Source: Candidatus Merdivivens pullistercoris
GTDB taxonomy: Bacteria > Bacteroidota > Bacteroidia > Bacteroidales > UBA932
Length of the DNA: 64,000 nucleotides
Direction of reading: 5' to 3'
Assembly (NCBI GenBank): GCA_017694935.1
Contig: JADIME010000044.1
Location: 10,961-74,960, forward strand
In this document: positions 46,614-55,995 of the stretch, piece after piece
Layout of the letters: the number at the start of each line of letters is the position of its first letter
Position numbering within the stretch: the stretch's first letter is position 1
The notes under the pieces: model-generated
Told to the model about the DNA's origin: nothing
The model's database searches: none
What the model saw: the letters and a program-made list of their open reading frames with translations, nothing else
Position numbers and translations under genes: made by a program

Positions 46614-48329
46614 ATGAAAAACAGATTGATTTTACTGTTGGCACTGCCGCTTATTGTGCTGACGGCTTGTGAAAGAAAGCTTGCGGCTGATTTGGATGTT
46701 GGGAGTGGAGACGATGCGCTTTCCGTCCCTGAACAGTTACATGGGAAGATAGTACTCGGGAAACGTCTGGAAAATCCCTATTCCACCGAGAACATGCAGG
46801 CTGCCTATTCTTCCCTGTATTCTACCCGTTCTTCGCGGGATGTCGTTTCCACGACACACCTGTATGTGAGATTCCTGCCTGAAAACGAGGCCGATTTCCG
46901 ATTGCTGGAAAGCAGGGGTCTGGTTTTGTTCGACTATCCTTTGGATTATGAAATCCTGGTGGACGGGGACTATTATACCGACCCTGAACTGCCTGAAGGA
47001 AGCATCACCTGGCAATATTCCGTGGTGGAAAAGGATTTCGACTTTCCGGATATGCGGTATGAAATCATAGAAGAATGCTGTTTGGACGAAGGGGATGCCA
47101 TTACGCGTTCCGACGGGGTGGATTTCGCCATGCTGGAACGGGAGGCGTTCCGGCTTACGGGCAACGCGGGGATGCTCGGTGATGAAACCAAGGCCGCTAA
47201 GAATGTCCCGCAGGGCAGGCTTACCGTTTCCGACGCCAATTACAATGCCGGTGAAGGTTCCGGTGTCGCCGGTGTCAAAGTCGTGGCAAACTCTTTTGTT
47301 AAAGTGGCCAAAGGCTATACGGACGGGACAGGGCATTTCAAGCTCAACAAAAGCTTTTCTTCATCTAAGGTGAAGTACCGCATAGTCTTTGAAAACGAAC
47401 GGGGATTTGCACTCGGTTTCAATTTCATATTGGTGCCGGCATCTGTATCTTCGCTCGGCAAGCAGTCCTCGGAAGGGATTGACATGAACTTCACGTTCGG
47501 AAACGACCAGACAACCTGGCGCCGCTGCATTGTGAACAATGTACTGTATGAATATTTTGACATGTGCGGAGACGGCACCTCCGGTATACTCCCTCCTCCG
47601 TCCGGACTGAGGTTGTGGATGATGGATTCAATGACCGATGACTACACTTTGATGCTGCACCACGGTGCTGTATGGGACGATTCTTTCATTTCTGAGAAGT
47701 TCCCCAAGGTGATGTCGATATTGAAGTCCTTTCTGCCCGATGTGCTTTTGGGTACGGGAGACTGCGACTCTGCCTTTGATTTGTACAGGGAAGTCTATCA
47801 CGAAGCCGCCCATGCGAGCCATTATGCAGTTGTGGGAAATACTTATTGGAACCAGTACGCTCTTGCCACGGCAATAAACGGTGTCACGGGTAAAGGGCTT
47901 TATGGGACAGGAGGCCGTTCCTCTGACGGGTATATAGGGCTGACCGAGATGTGGGCGTATTATTACGGCTCGTATCTGTTTGATAAGAGGTACCGCATGG
48001 GGCTCACGCCAGGGGAGGAATATTGGTTCAAGCCTCAGATGTTGCGCGCATTGGAAGATGCCGGGCTTTCCCCTGAAGAAATATTCGCATTGTTTGACCG
48101 GGAAACCGTATCCATAGAAAAACTCGGGGAGAGGATAGAAGAATTGTATGGAAGCGGCTACAAGGATTGTTTTGACAAATTTTTCGGGAATCCGCAAGAC
48201 GATAGTCCGGATGATTCCGGCACTTCGGATGACAACTCCGATGACGTTCCGGGTGGCGGGAAGGACGATGAACAGGACAATGGCAAGGATGATCTTTTCG
48301 GTCGCCCTAAGGAATGGGGCGTGATTTAA
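46614..48329 (+). CDS. Lipoprotein with HEXXH zinc-metalloprotease motif and acidic C-terminal tail
   Basis: Lipobox 'LIVLTAC'. A CarboxypepD_reg-like segment 'VAGVKVVANSFVKVAKGYTDGTGHFKL', 'EVYHEAAHASHY' (HEAAH), and the tail 'DDSPDDSGTSDDNSDDVPGGGKDDEQDNGKDD'. Confidence 0.55.
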   Translation: MKNRLILLLALPLIVLTACERKLAADLDVGSGDDALSVPEQLHGKIVLGKRLENPYSTENMQAAYSSLYSTRSSRDVVSTTHLYVRFLPENEADFRLLESRGLVLFDYPLDYEILVDGDYYTDPELPEGSITWQYSVVEKDFDFPDMRYEIIEECCLDEGDAITRSDGVDFAMLEREAFRLTGNAGMLGDETKAAKNVPQGRLTVSDANYNAGEGSGVAGVKVVANSFVKVAKGYTDGTGHFKLNKSFSSSKVKYRIVFENERGFALGFNFILVPASVSSLGKQSSEGIDMNFTFGNDQTTWRRCIVNNVLYEYFDMCGDGTSGILPPPSGLRLWMMDSMTDDYTLMLHHGAVWDDSFISEKFPKVMSILKSFLPDVLLGTGDCDSAFDLYREVYHEAAHASHYAVVGNTYWNQYALATAINGVTGKGLYGTGGRSSDGYIGLTEMWAYYYGSYLFDKRYRMGLTPGEEYWFKPQMLRALEDAGLSPEEIFALFDRETVSIEKLGERIEELYGSGYKDCFDKFFGNPQDDSPDDSGTSDDNSDDVPGGGKDDEQDNGKDDLFGRPKEWGVI

Positions 48330-48363
48330 AAGCTGTTTGGGAAAAGTCCCGATTGCGGGTTAA

Positions 48364-49404
48364 TCACAAGAACCTGTATAAAAGTCTGGCCAGGCGCTCG
48401 TAAAGGCGCGAGCGTTTTGGCCTCTCCTTCCAGTCTTCTTCCGATTCCAAGTTCTGGCAGTATTTTAAATCTCTGAAAAACCTCTTCAACAAGAGGTCCA
48501 CGTACTTCGTATTGCCGATTTCGGACATGATTTCGTAATCTAAGCGCAGGCTCCGGTTGTCCATGTTTGCCGATCCTACGTATGCTATATTGTCATCGAC
48601 AATCAGTACTTTGGAATGGTTGAATCCGTTATAGAACAGGTGGAGGCGCATTCCCATGCCGAGACAGTGTTTCACCGAAGCCATGTTGCAATAGTGCAAT
48701 ATGTTGGAGTCAGTCCTGTAAGGTATCATCAGGTCGATTTCGACACCCCTCATGCACGCGGCCGCAAGTACCTTGTAAAGCTCTTTGGACGGGGCGAAGT
48801 ATGGAGTGAGGATTTTTACGGATTTCCGTGCGGATGAAAGTTTGGACATAAGCCATTCTTCTCCGATGAATCCTCCGGCTCTGTAGATATGGTTGAAGTC
48901 ATTGTAAAATATGGCGGAGAGCTTTTCTGCCGTGGCTTCTCCGCTTATGCGGCAGAACGTGTCGCGCCACAATGCGTATTTCCCTCCGGTAAAGTACCTG
49001 TCGGCGATATTCACACCGCCTACGAATGAGACTTTCTTGTCGATGACAGCAAGTTTGCGGTGGTTGCGGTGGTTCAGATGGGTTATGCCGTATGCGGAAA
49101 AGAACGGATTGAATTTGGATACGCGGACACCGGAATCAGCCATGCGCCTGAAAAATTTTCTTCCGGTGCCGGATGAACCGAAAGCATCGTAGCATACGAG
49201 AACTTTGACGCCTGCTTTTGATTTTGCGCATAGCAGTTTCTCGAACCGCTGCCCGATTTCGTCGTCTTCTATGATGAAAAATTCCAGCAGTACAGACGTT
49301 TCGGCTGCCTCTATCGTGCCGTAAAGGGCATTCAGGGCATCACGTCCCGTATAATAAAATTCCAACGCATCATCGATGCCTGTTTTTACTTCATGAAGCC
49401 TCAT
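48364..49404 (-). CDS. Phospholipase D-like / cardiolipin synthase family protein
   Basis: Two HKD motifs, 'HRKLAVIDKKVSFVGGVNIADRY' and 'HSKVLIVDDNIAYVGSANMDNRS'. The start was chosen at 'MRLHEV' because the longer track ORF runs through the tRNA-Leu gene. Confidence 0.8.
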   Translation of the reverse strand: MRLHEVKTGIDDALEFYYTGRDALNALYGTIEAAETSVLLEFFIIEDDEIGQRFEKLLCAKSKAGVKVLVCYDAFGSSGTGRKFFRRMADSGVRVSKFNPFFSAYGITHLNHRNHRKLAVIDKKVSFVGGVNIADRYFTGGKYALWRDTFCRISGEATAEKLSAIFYNDFNHIYRAGGFIGEEWLMSKLSSARKSVKILTPYFAPSKELYKVLAAACMRGVEIDLMIPYRTDSNILHYCNMASVKHCLGMGMRLHLFYNGFNHSKVLIVDDNIAYVGSANMDNRSLRLDYEIMSEIGNTKYVDLLLKRFFRDLKYCQNLESEEDWKERPKRSRLYERLARLLYRFL

Positions 49405-49459
49405 ACAATGAGTTTTTGCAAAGTTTGTAAAAAAAATTTTAAAAAACAGAAAAAGTTTA

Positions 49460-49467
49460 TACCTTTG
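49460..49467 (+). promoter_or_regulatory. Candidate -7 box (TAccTTTG) for tRNA-Leu
   Basis: TAnnTTTG match 17 nt upstream of the mature tRNA 5' end. Confidence 0.45.
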
Positions 49468-49483
49468 CAGTCCCAAAACAAGA

Positions 49484-49567
49484 GCGCAGGTGGTGAAATT
49501 GGTAGACACGCTACTTTGAGGGGGTAGTGCCGGCAACGGCGTGTCAGTTCGAGTCTGATCCTGCGCA
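49484..49567 (+). tRNA. tRNA-Leu (anticodon GAG), type II with long variable arm
   Basis: Acceptor stem GCGCAGG/CCTGCGC, anticodon loop 'ttGAGgg', variable arm 'tgccggcaacggcg', T-arm 'gtcagttcgagtctgat', discriminator A. CCA is not encoded. Confidence 0.9.
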
Positions 49568-49582
49568 CGATTTCTTAAGTCA

Positions 49583-49613
49583 AGAGCTTGTCGAATAGAC
49601 GGGCTCTTTTTTT
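49583..49613 (+). terminator. Rho-independent terminator after tRNA-Leu
   Basis: 'agagcttgtc gaata gacgggctct' (10-bp stem with 2 G.U pairs) followed by 'tttttt'. Confidence 0.65.
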
Positions 49614-49666
49614 GTGCCCGAAGATGAAAAATACTAATTTTGTATCCGTTATAAAACATTGCTTAT

Positions 49667-50617
49667 ATGAAAATAGTATTTCTTGACAGCGATACCATGG
49701 GGGACGTGTCTTTCGCTCCCATAGCAGAAAAAGGGGAACTGATCCTGTATCCGAGAAGCACACCTCAGCAGGCCATTGAGCGTGTTAAGGACTGTGAAGT
49801 GCTGATAGTGAACAAAATCATTGTAAACAAAGAACTTGTTGATGCCGCGCCTAAGCTGAGGCTTATATGCGAGGCCGCGACCGGGGTGAACAATATAGAT
49901 ATCGAATATGCCCGGAGCAAAGGCATCCCTGTCAGGAACGCGGCAGGGTATTCCACCGAATCGGTGGCCCAGGTCACTTTCATGCATATCCTGAACCTTG
50001 TGGGTCATGCCTCGTATTTCGACCGGAGGGTCAAGACCGGGGAATATTATGAAAACGGTATATTTTCCGACATGTCATGGCCGTTTTTCGAGTTGAAGGG
50101 CAAGAAACTCGGCATCATAGGCATGGGCAACATAGGGCAGAGAGTCGCCCGCATTGCTGTGGCTTTCGGTATGGAAGTGGCCTATTATTCTACTTCCGGG
50201 ACATCCCATTGCAAGGATTATCCTTCGCTGCCGTTGGAGGATTTATTGAGCGTCAGCGACATAGTCACAATCCATGCTCCTCTGAACGATGCTACCCGGA
50301 ATCTTGTCACTTACGACAGGCTGAAACTGATGAAGCCTTCCGCATATATACTGAACATGGGAAGGGGCGGGATAATAAACGAACAGGATCTTGCCGATGC
50401 ATTGTCGGACAATATCATAGCCGGAGCCGCGACGGATGTATATGCCAGGGAGCCGCTTGAACCCGGGCATCCGTATCTGAAGTTCAAGGATTATACGGAC
50501 AAGGACGGAAGGTGCCTGAAAGAAAAACTGTTGCTGACCCCGCACATAGCGTGGACCAGCGACGAAGCCCTGAAGACCCTCGTCGAAAAGATTGCAGAGA
50601 ATATATACCTGCAATAA
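49667..50617 (+). CDS. D-2-hydroxyacid dehydrogenase (glycerate dehydrogenase/hydroxypyruvate reductase-like)
   Basis: NAD-binding 'GIIGMGNIGQRVA', 'NMGRGGIINEQDL', and the catalytic His in 'LTPHIAW'. Confidence 0.8.
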   Translation: MKIVFLDSDTMGDVSFAPIAEKGELILYPRSTPQQAIERVKDCEVLIVNKIIVNKELVDAAPKLRLICEAATGVNNIDIEYARSKGIPVRNAAGYSTESVAQVTFMHILNLVGHASYFDRRVKTGEYYENGIFSDMSWPFFELKGKKLGIIGMGNIGQRVARIAVAFGMEVAYYSTSGTSHCKDYPSLPLEDLLSVSDIVTIHAPLNDATRNLVTYDRLKLMKPSAYILNMGRGGIINEQDLADALSDNIIAGAATDVYAREPLEPGHPYLKFKDYTDKDGRCLKEKLLLTPHIAWTSDEALKTLVEKIAENIYLQ

Positions 50618-50706
50618 AAATATAAAGGAGCTGTTTGGCGAAAAAAATCAAGCAGCTCCTTATATTAATGCAGGACTTCACAGGCTCCCCTGTTATTCCC
50701 GTTCCA

Positions 50707-52284
50707 CTATTCCCACTCTATCGTTGCAGGCGGTTTGGAACTGATGTCATAGACAACCCTGTTCACCCCGCGTACCTTGTTGATGATATCGTTGGAGGTC
50801 TTGGCCAAAAAACCGTAAGGAAGATGAACCCAGTCGGCTGTCATTCCGTCGGTGGAGATTACGGCCCTCAGGGCGATGGTGTATTCGTATGTCCTTTCGT
50901 CTCCCATGACCCCGACGCTCTTGACCGGCAGCAGTATTGTGCCTGCCTGCCATATCGTTTCGTAAAGCGTCTCGGCTTCCATCAAAGGGTCGGAAGCTGA
51001 TTTCAGGCCTTTTTCACATGGCGTGGAACGCAGTCCTCTTATAAATATGTCGTCCGCCTTGCGGAGTATGTCCAGTTTTTCCGGAGTGACTTCCCCCAAT
51101 ATTCTGATTCCCAAAGACGGTCCCGGGAAAGGATGCCTGTCGATCAGTTCCTTTTTTACGCCGAGCTGCCTTCCTACGCGCCTTACTTCGTCCTTGAAAA
51201 GCGCCCGCAGCGGTTCAACTATTTTAAGATTCATTTTTTCTGGAAGACCGCCAACGTTATGATGGGACTTGATGGTGGCGGACGGCCCTTTCACGGATGC
51301 CGATTCGATTACGTCGGGATATATGGTTCCCTGAGCCAGCCATTTCGCCCCTTCTATTTTCTGGGCTTCGGTGTCGAATACTTCTATGAAAGTCTTTCCT
51401 ATGGCCTTTCTCTTGGCTTCCGGGTCGGTTATCCCTTTCAGGGCGCCGAGGAACCGTTCGCTTGCATCCACTCCGATTACGTTCAGTCCCATGTCCTTGT
51501 ATGATGAAAGCACGTCTTTGGCTTCATCGAGGCGAAGCAGCCCGTTGTCCACGAAGATGCAATAAAGGTTTTTCCCGATGGCCTTGTTCAGCAGCACGCC
51601 GGCGACCGTAGAGTCCACGCCGCCCGAAAGCCCGAGGATGACCTTGTCTTCACCTATCTTTTCGCGCAGTTCCTTCACGGTGTTTTCGATAAAGGAGGCC
51701 GGTGTCCAGTCGCCCTTGCAGCCGCAGATGCGGATTGCGAAATTTTCAAGTATCTTCGGTCCCTGTTCCGTATGGAAGACTTCCGGATGGAACTGTACGG
51801 CGTAAGTTTCTTCTCCTTTTATGCGGTACGCAGCGTTTTCCACGTCTTCCGTCGAGGCTATGGTTTCGGCGTTTTCCGGGATTCGTGCTATCGTGTCACC
51901 GTGTGACATCCATACCTGTGAATTGTCGGGAACGCCTTCCAGCAACGGGCATTTTGAGACGACATGCAGGTGCGCACGTCCGTATTCCCTTGACAATGAA
52001 GCGTTCACGTCTCCACCGCAATGGTATGCCATGTATTGCGCCCCGTAGCATATCCCGAGGAGAGGAAATCTGCCTTTTATGCCTGACAAATCGATGCGCG
52101 GGGCTTCCTTGTCCCTGACAGAATAGGGACTTCCGGATAATATTATGCCTTTGACACTCTCGTCGAGGACCGGGATTTTGTTGAAAGGATAAATTTCGCA
52201 ATATACGTTCAGCTCGCGCAAACGCCTGCCTATGAGTTGGGTTACTTGCGACCCGAAGTCTAAAATGATGATTTTTTCTGTCAT
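50707..52284 (-). CDS. guaA: GMP synthase (glutamine-hydrolysing)
   Basis: GATase '[17 protein letters not shown]', the ATP-PPase 'SGGVDS', and the C-terminal '[16 protein letters not shown]'. Start is at 'MTEKII'; the track ORF is 29 codons longer. Confidence 0.95.
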   Translation of the reverse strand: MTEKIIILDFGSQVTQLIGRRLRELNVYCEIYPFNKIPVLDESVKGIILSGSPYSVRDKEAPRIDLSGIKGRFPLLGICYGAQYMAYHCGGDVNASLSREYGRAHLHVVSKCPLLEGVPDNSQVWMSHGDTIARIPENAETIASTEDVENAAYRIKGEETYAVQFHPEVFHTEQGPKILENFAIRICGCKGDWTPASFIENTVKELREKIGEDKVILGLSGGVDSTVAGVLLNKAIGKNLYCIFVDNGLLRLDEAKDVLSSYKDMGLNVIGVDASERFLGALKGITDPEAKRKAIGKTFIEVFDTEAQKIEGAKWLAQGTIYPDVIESASVKGPSATIKSHHNVGGLPEKMNLKIVEPLRALFKDEVRRVGRQLGVKKELIDRHPFPGPSLGIRILGEVTPEKLDILRKADDIFIRGLRSTPCEKGLKSASDPLMEAETLYETIWQAGTILLPVKSVGVMGDERTYEYTIALRAVISTDGMTADWVHLPYGFLAKTSNDIINKVRGVNRVVYDISSKPPATIEWE

Positions 52285-52354
52285 AAAAACATTTCTTTTT
52301 GGCATAAAGAAGCACAAAAATACGAAAAATCCTTTAAAAAATGAATGAAAGTGG

Positions 52355-52362
52355 TAATTTTG
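52355..52362 (+). promoter_or_regulatory. Candidate -7 box (TAatTTTG) for typA
   Basis: 'gtggTAATTTTGcaggc', 20 nt upstream of the ATG at 52382. The same 'TTTGCAGGC' context occurs at 54241 and 61436. Confidence 0.45.
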
Positions 52363-52381
52363 CAGGCTCATTCAGACTTAT

Positions 52382-54187
52382 ATGCAAGAGATAAGGAATA
52401 TTGCAATCATCGCCCATGTCGACCACGGGAAAACCACATTGGTGGACAGGATGATATACCAATCGAAATTGGTGAGGGACAATGAGAAACTGGGCGAACT
52501 CATTCTGGACAATAATGATCTTGAACGTGAAAGGGGCATAACCATTCTGGCGAAGAACGTTTCCGTCCCTTACAAGGGCACCAAGATCAATATCATAGAC
52601 ACTCCGGGACACAGCGATTTCGGAGGTGAGGTAGAGCGCGTGCTCAATATGGCGGACGGCGTGCTGCTGCTCGTGGATGCATTCGAAGGATGCATGCCGC
52701 AGACACGTTTTGTCTTGCAGAAGGCAATCGAAATGCGAAAGAAGCCTGTAGTCGTCATAAACAAGGTGGACAAGCAGAATTGCCGTCCCGATGAAGTGAA
52801 CGAGGAGGTCTTCGACCTTATGTTTTCTTTGGGGGCTACCGAGGAACAGCTGGACTTCAAGACAGTGTACGGCAGCGCCAAGCAGGGTTGGATGTCTCTC
52901 GACTGGAGAAAGCCGGCGAATGACATAACGGCCTTGCTGGATGTGATATTGCAGGAAATCCCGGTTTCCCCTGTCGTCGAAGGGACACCGCAGATGCTTA
53001 TATCTTCGCTGGAATATTCTCCTTACGTGGGCCGTATAGCTGTCGGCAGGCTTACGCGCGGGGAACTTGCTTCCGGCATGAATGTGACACTGTGCAAACG
53101 CTATGATGTCCAGACCAAGTGCAAGATCAAAGAACTGATGGTTTTTGAGGGTTTGGAGAAGAAGAAGGTGGAAAGAGTCCCGTGCGGAGAAATTTGCGCG
53201 GTAGTCGGTGTAGAGGATTTCGAAATAGGCGATACGATAGCCGATTATGAAAACCCCGAGCCGCTTCCTCCTATTTCCGTCGATGAGCCGACGATGAGCA
53301 TGCTGTTCTGTGTAAATGATTCCCCGTTTTTCGGAAAGGATGGAAAATATGTGACGTCAAGGCATTTGAAAGAGCGTTTGGAGAGGGAGCTTGAAAAAAA
53401 CCTTGCCCTCAGGGTAAAGCCTGGTGCGACTGCCGACTCGTTCATAGTATACGGCCGCGGCGTGCTGCACCTTTCCATATTGATAGAGACCATGCGGCGC
53501 GAAGGCTTCGAGCTTCAGGTAGGGCAGCCCAAAGTGCTTGACAAGACCATAAACGGGGTAAGATGCGAGCCTGTCGAAAGCCTGACGATAGACCTTCCGG
53601 AGGAATTTGTCGGGAAAGCCATTGAAATGACTACGCGGAGAAAAGGAGCGTTGGTCAGGATGGAAAATAAAGGCGACCGCGTGCATCTCGACTTCGACAT
53701 TCCGTCCCGCGGGATAATAGGCTTGAGAAGCAATCTTCTGACGGCGACACAGGGAGAGGCCATAATCGCCCACCGTTTTAAGGATTACGAGCCGTACAAG
53801 GGAGAAATCGAAAAACGCAACAACGGCTCTTTGGTTTCGCTCGAAACGGGCGTGGCCGTGGCGTATGCAATGGACAAGCTGCAGGACAGGGGTCGTTTCT
53901 TCATCAATCCCGGTACTGAGATATATGCAGGACAGGTTGTAGGAGAGCATACACGTGAAAACGATTTGAATGTCAATGTATGCAAAACGAAGAAGCTGAC
54001 CAATATGCGTGCTTCAGGAAGCGACGACAAGGTGATGCTTCCGCCTCCAATCGTTTTCAGTCTTGAGGAATGCCTTGAATATATACAGTCCGACGAACTT
54101 GTGGAGGTCACTCCTCATGCCATGCGTATCAGGAAGATACTTCTTTCCGATGTAGACCGTAAACGCAAGGCGGACTCTGAAAAATAA
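52382..54187 (+). CDS. typA: Translational GTPase TypA/BipA
   Basis: 'IAIIAHVDHGKTTLVD', 'DTPGHSDFGGEV', 'NKVD', and an EF-G-like domain order over 601 aa. Confidence 0.95.
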   Translation: MQEIRNIAIIAHVDHGKTTLVDRMIYQSKLVRDNEKLGELILDNNDLERERGITILAKNVSVPYKGTKINIIDTPGHSDFGGEVERVLNMADGVLLLVDAFEGCMPQTRFVLQKAIEMRKKPVVVINKVDKQNCRPDEVNEEVFDLMFSLGATEEQLDFKTVYGSAKQGWMSLDWRKPANDITALLDVILQEIPVSPVVEGTPQMLISSLEYSPYVGRIAVGRLTRGELASGMNVTLCKRYDVQTKCKIKELMVFEGLEKKKVERVPCGEICAVVGVEDFEIGDTIADYENPEPLPPISVDEPTMSMLFCVNDSPFFGKDGKYVTSRHLKERLERELEKNLALRVKPGATADSFIVYGRGVLHLSILIETMRREGFELQVGQPKVLDKTINGVRCEPVESLTIDLPEEFVGKAIEMTTRRKGALVRMENKGDRVHLDFDIPSRGIIGLRSNLLTATQGEAIIAHRFKDYEPYKGEIEKRNNGSLVSLETGVAVAYAMDKLQDRGRFFINPGTEIYAGQVVGEHTRENDLNVNVCKTKKLTNMRASGSDDKVMLPPPIVFSLEECLEYIQSDELVEVTPHAMRIRKILLSDVDRKRKADSEK

Positions 54188-54240
54188 GAAGTTTTTTTGA
54201 AATATCGGGGTATTTCTCTTTGCATAATAAAAATTATTTC

Positions 54241-54248
54241 TAACTTTG
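54241..54248 (+). promoter_or_regulatory. Candidate -7 box (TAacTTTG) for yceD-rpmF
   Basis: 'TAACTTTGcaggc', 24 nt upstream of the ATG at 54272. Confidence 0.45.
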
Positions 54249-54271
54249 CAGGCTCAATTTGGGATTGAGTT

Positions 54272-54799
54272 ATGGACAAGAAAGATTTGGTCATTCCCTT
54301 GAATGATTTGGTCATTGGAAGCCATTGTTTCAGGAGCAAATTGGAAAAAGAGTTCTTTTCCGGATTTGACGAAGATGCCGTCATGGATGCCTCCGTGGAG
54401 GTGACGGTCAATGTGGACAAACGGTCTTCGGATTCGGTTTCGATAGTATGCGAAGTCAAAGGCGAAGTTGCCGTGCCTTGTGACCGTTGTCTGTGCAGGC
54501 TGTCGATGCCCGTGGACTTTAGAAAGTCCTTTTCCGTTAGTTTCTGCGATATGGCCGATGAGGACACGGAAGGGGAAGGTAGTGAAGACGTGGTCTTGTG
54601 CGGAAAAGACAGCGACCTCGATTTGAGCCAGTGGGTTTATGATTATGTCATGTTGTCCCTGCCGTTGAGGAAAGTCCATGATGAGAGCGAATGCGATCCG
54701 GCAGTATTGAGCCGGATTTATTCCGGAAAGACTGATGTTGAAGAAAAACACAATCCTTTTGCCGTACTGAAGAGTTTGTACGGCGCCGGGGATGAATAG
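54272..54799 (+). CDS. yceD: YceD/DUF177 family protein (large-subunit rRNA accumulation protein)
   Basis: 175 aa and acidic. 'CDRCL' together with the later 'CDP' cysteine motifs; conserved position upstream of rpmF. Confidence 0.75.
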   Translation: MDKKDLVIPLNDLVIGSHCFRSKLEKEFFSGFDEDAVMDASVEVTVNVDKRSSDSVSIVCEVKGEVAVPCDRCLCRLSMPVDFRKSFSVSFCDMADEDTEGEGSEDVVLCGKDSDLDLSQWVYDYVMLSLPLRKVHDESECDPAVLSRIYSGKTDVEEKHNPFAVLKSLYGAGDE

Positions 54800-54832
54800 A
54801 GAGAAATATAAACTAAAAAAATATTATTAGAG

Positions 54833-55015
54833 ATGGCACATCCAAAACACAAAATCTCCAAGCAGAGGAGAGACAAGAGGAGAACGCATTATAAGGCTGA
54901 ACTTCCAACCCTTGCGACTTGCTCTAATTGCGGTGCTACCGTGTTGTACCACAGGGTATGTCCGGAGTGCGGCTATTACCGTGGTCGTCAGATAATAGAG
55001 AAACATACCGCTTAA
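54833..55015 (+). CDS. rpmF: 50S ribosomal protein L32
   Basis: 'MAHPKHKISKQRRDKRRTHYK' and the zinc-ribbon 'CSNCG...CPECG'. Confidence 0.95.
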   Translation: MAHPKHKISKQRRDKRRTHYKAELPTLATCSNCGATVLYHRVCPECGYYRGRQIIEKHTA

Positions 55016-55031
55016 TCCGGCGGTATTCAAT

Positions 55032-55103
55032 GGCCCCGTAGTTCAACGGATAGAATGGAAGTTTCCTAAACTTTAGATAGCAGTTCGATTCTGCTCGGGG
55101 CTA
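55032..55103 (+). tRNA. tRNA-Arg (anticodon CCT)
   Basis: Acceptor stem GGCCCCG/CGGGGCT, D-arm 'gttcaacggatagaat', anticodon stem-loop 'gaagt ttCCTaa acttt', T-arm 'agcagttcgattctgct', discriminator A. Confidence 0.88.
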
Positions 55104-55110
55104 CGACAGT

Positions 55111-55136
55111 AAAGCGGCTTAATGGCCGCTTTTTTA
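55111..55136 (+). terminator. Rho-independent terminator after tRNA-Arg
   Basis: 'aaagcggc ttaatg gccgcttt' followed by 'tttt'. Confidence 0.7.
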
Positions 55137-55165
55137 TTTCAAAGGACGGGTGTTTTCTGTGTTGA

Positions 55166-55210
55166 GGGGGAAAGTGAACAGGTTTGCCGTGAAACCGTAG
55201 CACTTTCCCC
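55166..55210. repeat. Conserved 45-nt GC-stem hairpin, copy C
   Basis: 'gggggaaagtg aacaggtttgccgtgaaaccgtag cactttcccc', followed by 'ggtacaagtc' and 'cctcccgtctc' as at the secA/ftsY loci. Confidence 0.8.
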
Positions 55211-55250
55211 GGTACAAGTCCGATGCCTCCCGTCTCCTGCTGAAGATAGT

Positions 55251-55294
55251 CATGAAAAAATATTTGTCATGCACCCGGCTTTTGAGTATCTTTG
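55251..55294 (+). promoter_or_regulatory. Palindrome + promoter cassette upstream of ridA
   Basis: Palindrome 'catgaaaaaatatttgtcatg'. -33 TTTG at 55263-55266, a 20-nt spacer '..cacccggcttttgag', and -7 TATCTTTG at 55287-55294. Confidence 0.5.
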
Positions 55295-55376
55295 CCAGTC
55301 ATCCGGCGTATGTGAAGCGGATGCTAGTATATGAAAGCGGATGAGACAAGAGTTTATGTAATAAAAAGCAGATACA

Positions 55377-55751
55377 ATGAAAAAAGTAATTTCTTCACCA
55401 AAGGCTCCGGCAGCAGTGGGGCCTTATTCGCAGGCAATCGAGATTAACGGCATGTTGTTTGTTTCCGGCCAGCTTCCTACCAATCCGGCTACCGGCAAGG
55501 CTCCTGAAACCATAGAGGAGCAGACAAGGCAGTCGCTTGCAAATGCGGCCGCAATACTTGAGGAAGCAGGGTACAGTTTTGCCGATGTCGTAAAAACTAC
55601 AGTGCTCCTGACTGACATAAAGGACTTTGCAGCAATGAATGCCGTATATGCCGAGCATTTTTCCGGTGCATATCCTGCAAGAGTATGCTATCAGGTTGCA
55701 GCTCTACCGATGGGGGCGAAGGTTGAAATCGATATGATTGCAGGAAAGTAA
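55377..55751 (+). CDS. ridA: RidA family reactive-intermediate (enamine/imine) deaminase
   Basis: 124 aa. 'PKAPAAVGPYSQAI', 'FVSGQLP', 'ARVCYQVAALPMGAKVEI'. Confidence 0.9.
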   Translation: MKKVISSPKAPAAVGPYSQAIEINGMLFVSGQLPTNPATGKAPETIEEQTRQSLANAAAILEEAGYSFADVVKTTVLLTDIKDFAAMNAVYAEHFSGAYPARVCYQVAALPMGAKVEIDMIAGK

Positions 55752-55818
55752 GGAGAGTAAGGAGAGTGCCCCAAAAGGGTAACCATCCTAATAAGCAGTC
55801 AGACTATCTGAAAACCAT

Positions 55819-55846
55819 AAGGGCGGCGGGTGCCGTCCTTTTTTGT
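55819..55846 (+). terminator. Rho-independent terminator after ridA
   Basis: 'aagggcggc gggt gccgtcctt' (one G.U pair) followed by 'tttttg'. Confidence 0.65.
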
Positions 55847-55852
55847 TTATGC

Positions 55853-55900
55853 ATCCGCAAATCCGCAAATCCGTAAATCCGTAAATCCGTAAATCCGCAT
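55853..55900. repeat. 8-bp tandem repeat ATCCG(C/T)AA x6
   Basis: 'atccg' starts at 55853, 55861, 55869, 55877, 55885 and 55893. The array is followed by two 'caaattgcatc' direct repeats. Confidence 0.9.
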
Positions 55901-55928
55901 CGGCAAATTGCATCATCAAATTGCATCC

Positions 55929-55975
55929 GCAAATGCAAAAGCATTTGCATTACTTTCGGCTTCTGAGTATCTTTG
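55929..55975 (+). promoter_or_regulatory. Palindrome + promoter cassette driving the TPR-AraC regulator
   Basis: Palindrome gcaaatgc-aaaa-gcatttgc (55929-55948). -33 TTTG at 55944-55947, the 20-nt spacer 'cattactttcggcttctgag', and -7 TATCTTTG at 55968-55975. The ATG is at 55996. Confidence 0.55.
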
Positions 55976-55995
55976 CGAGGCTATATATAAGGTGT

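Noticed and set aside
48364-49659. N-terminally extended track ORFs: 48364-49659 (PLD), 19430-20821 (permease), 50707-52371 (guaA), 60690-61556 (LysE), 21649-22833 (DUF1573) and 55921-57684 (AraC).
   Set aside because: The extensions run through the tRNA-Leu gene, overlap meaB, or cover promoter cassettes, and they add non-homologous leader peptides. Internal ATGs give N-termini that match the protein families.
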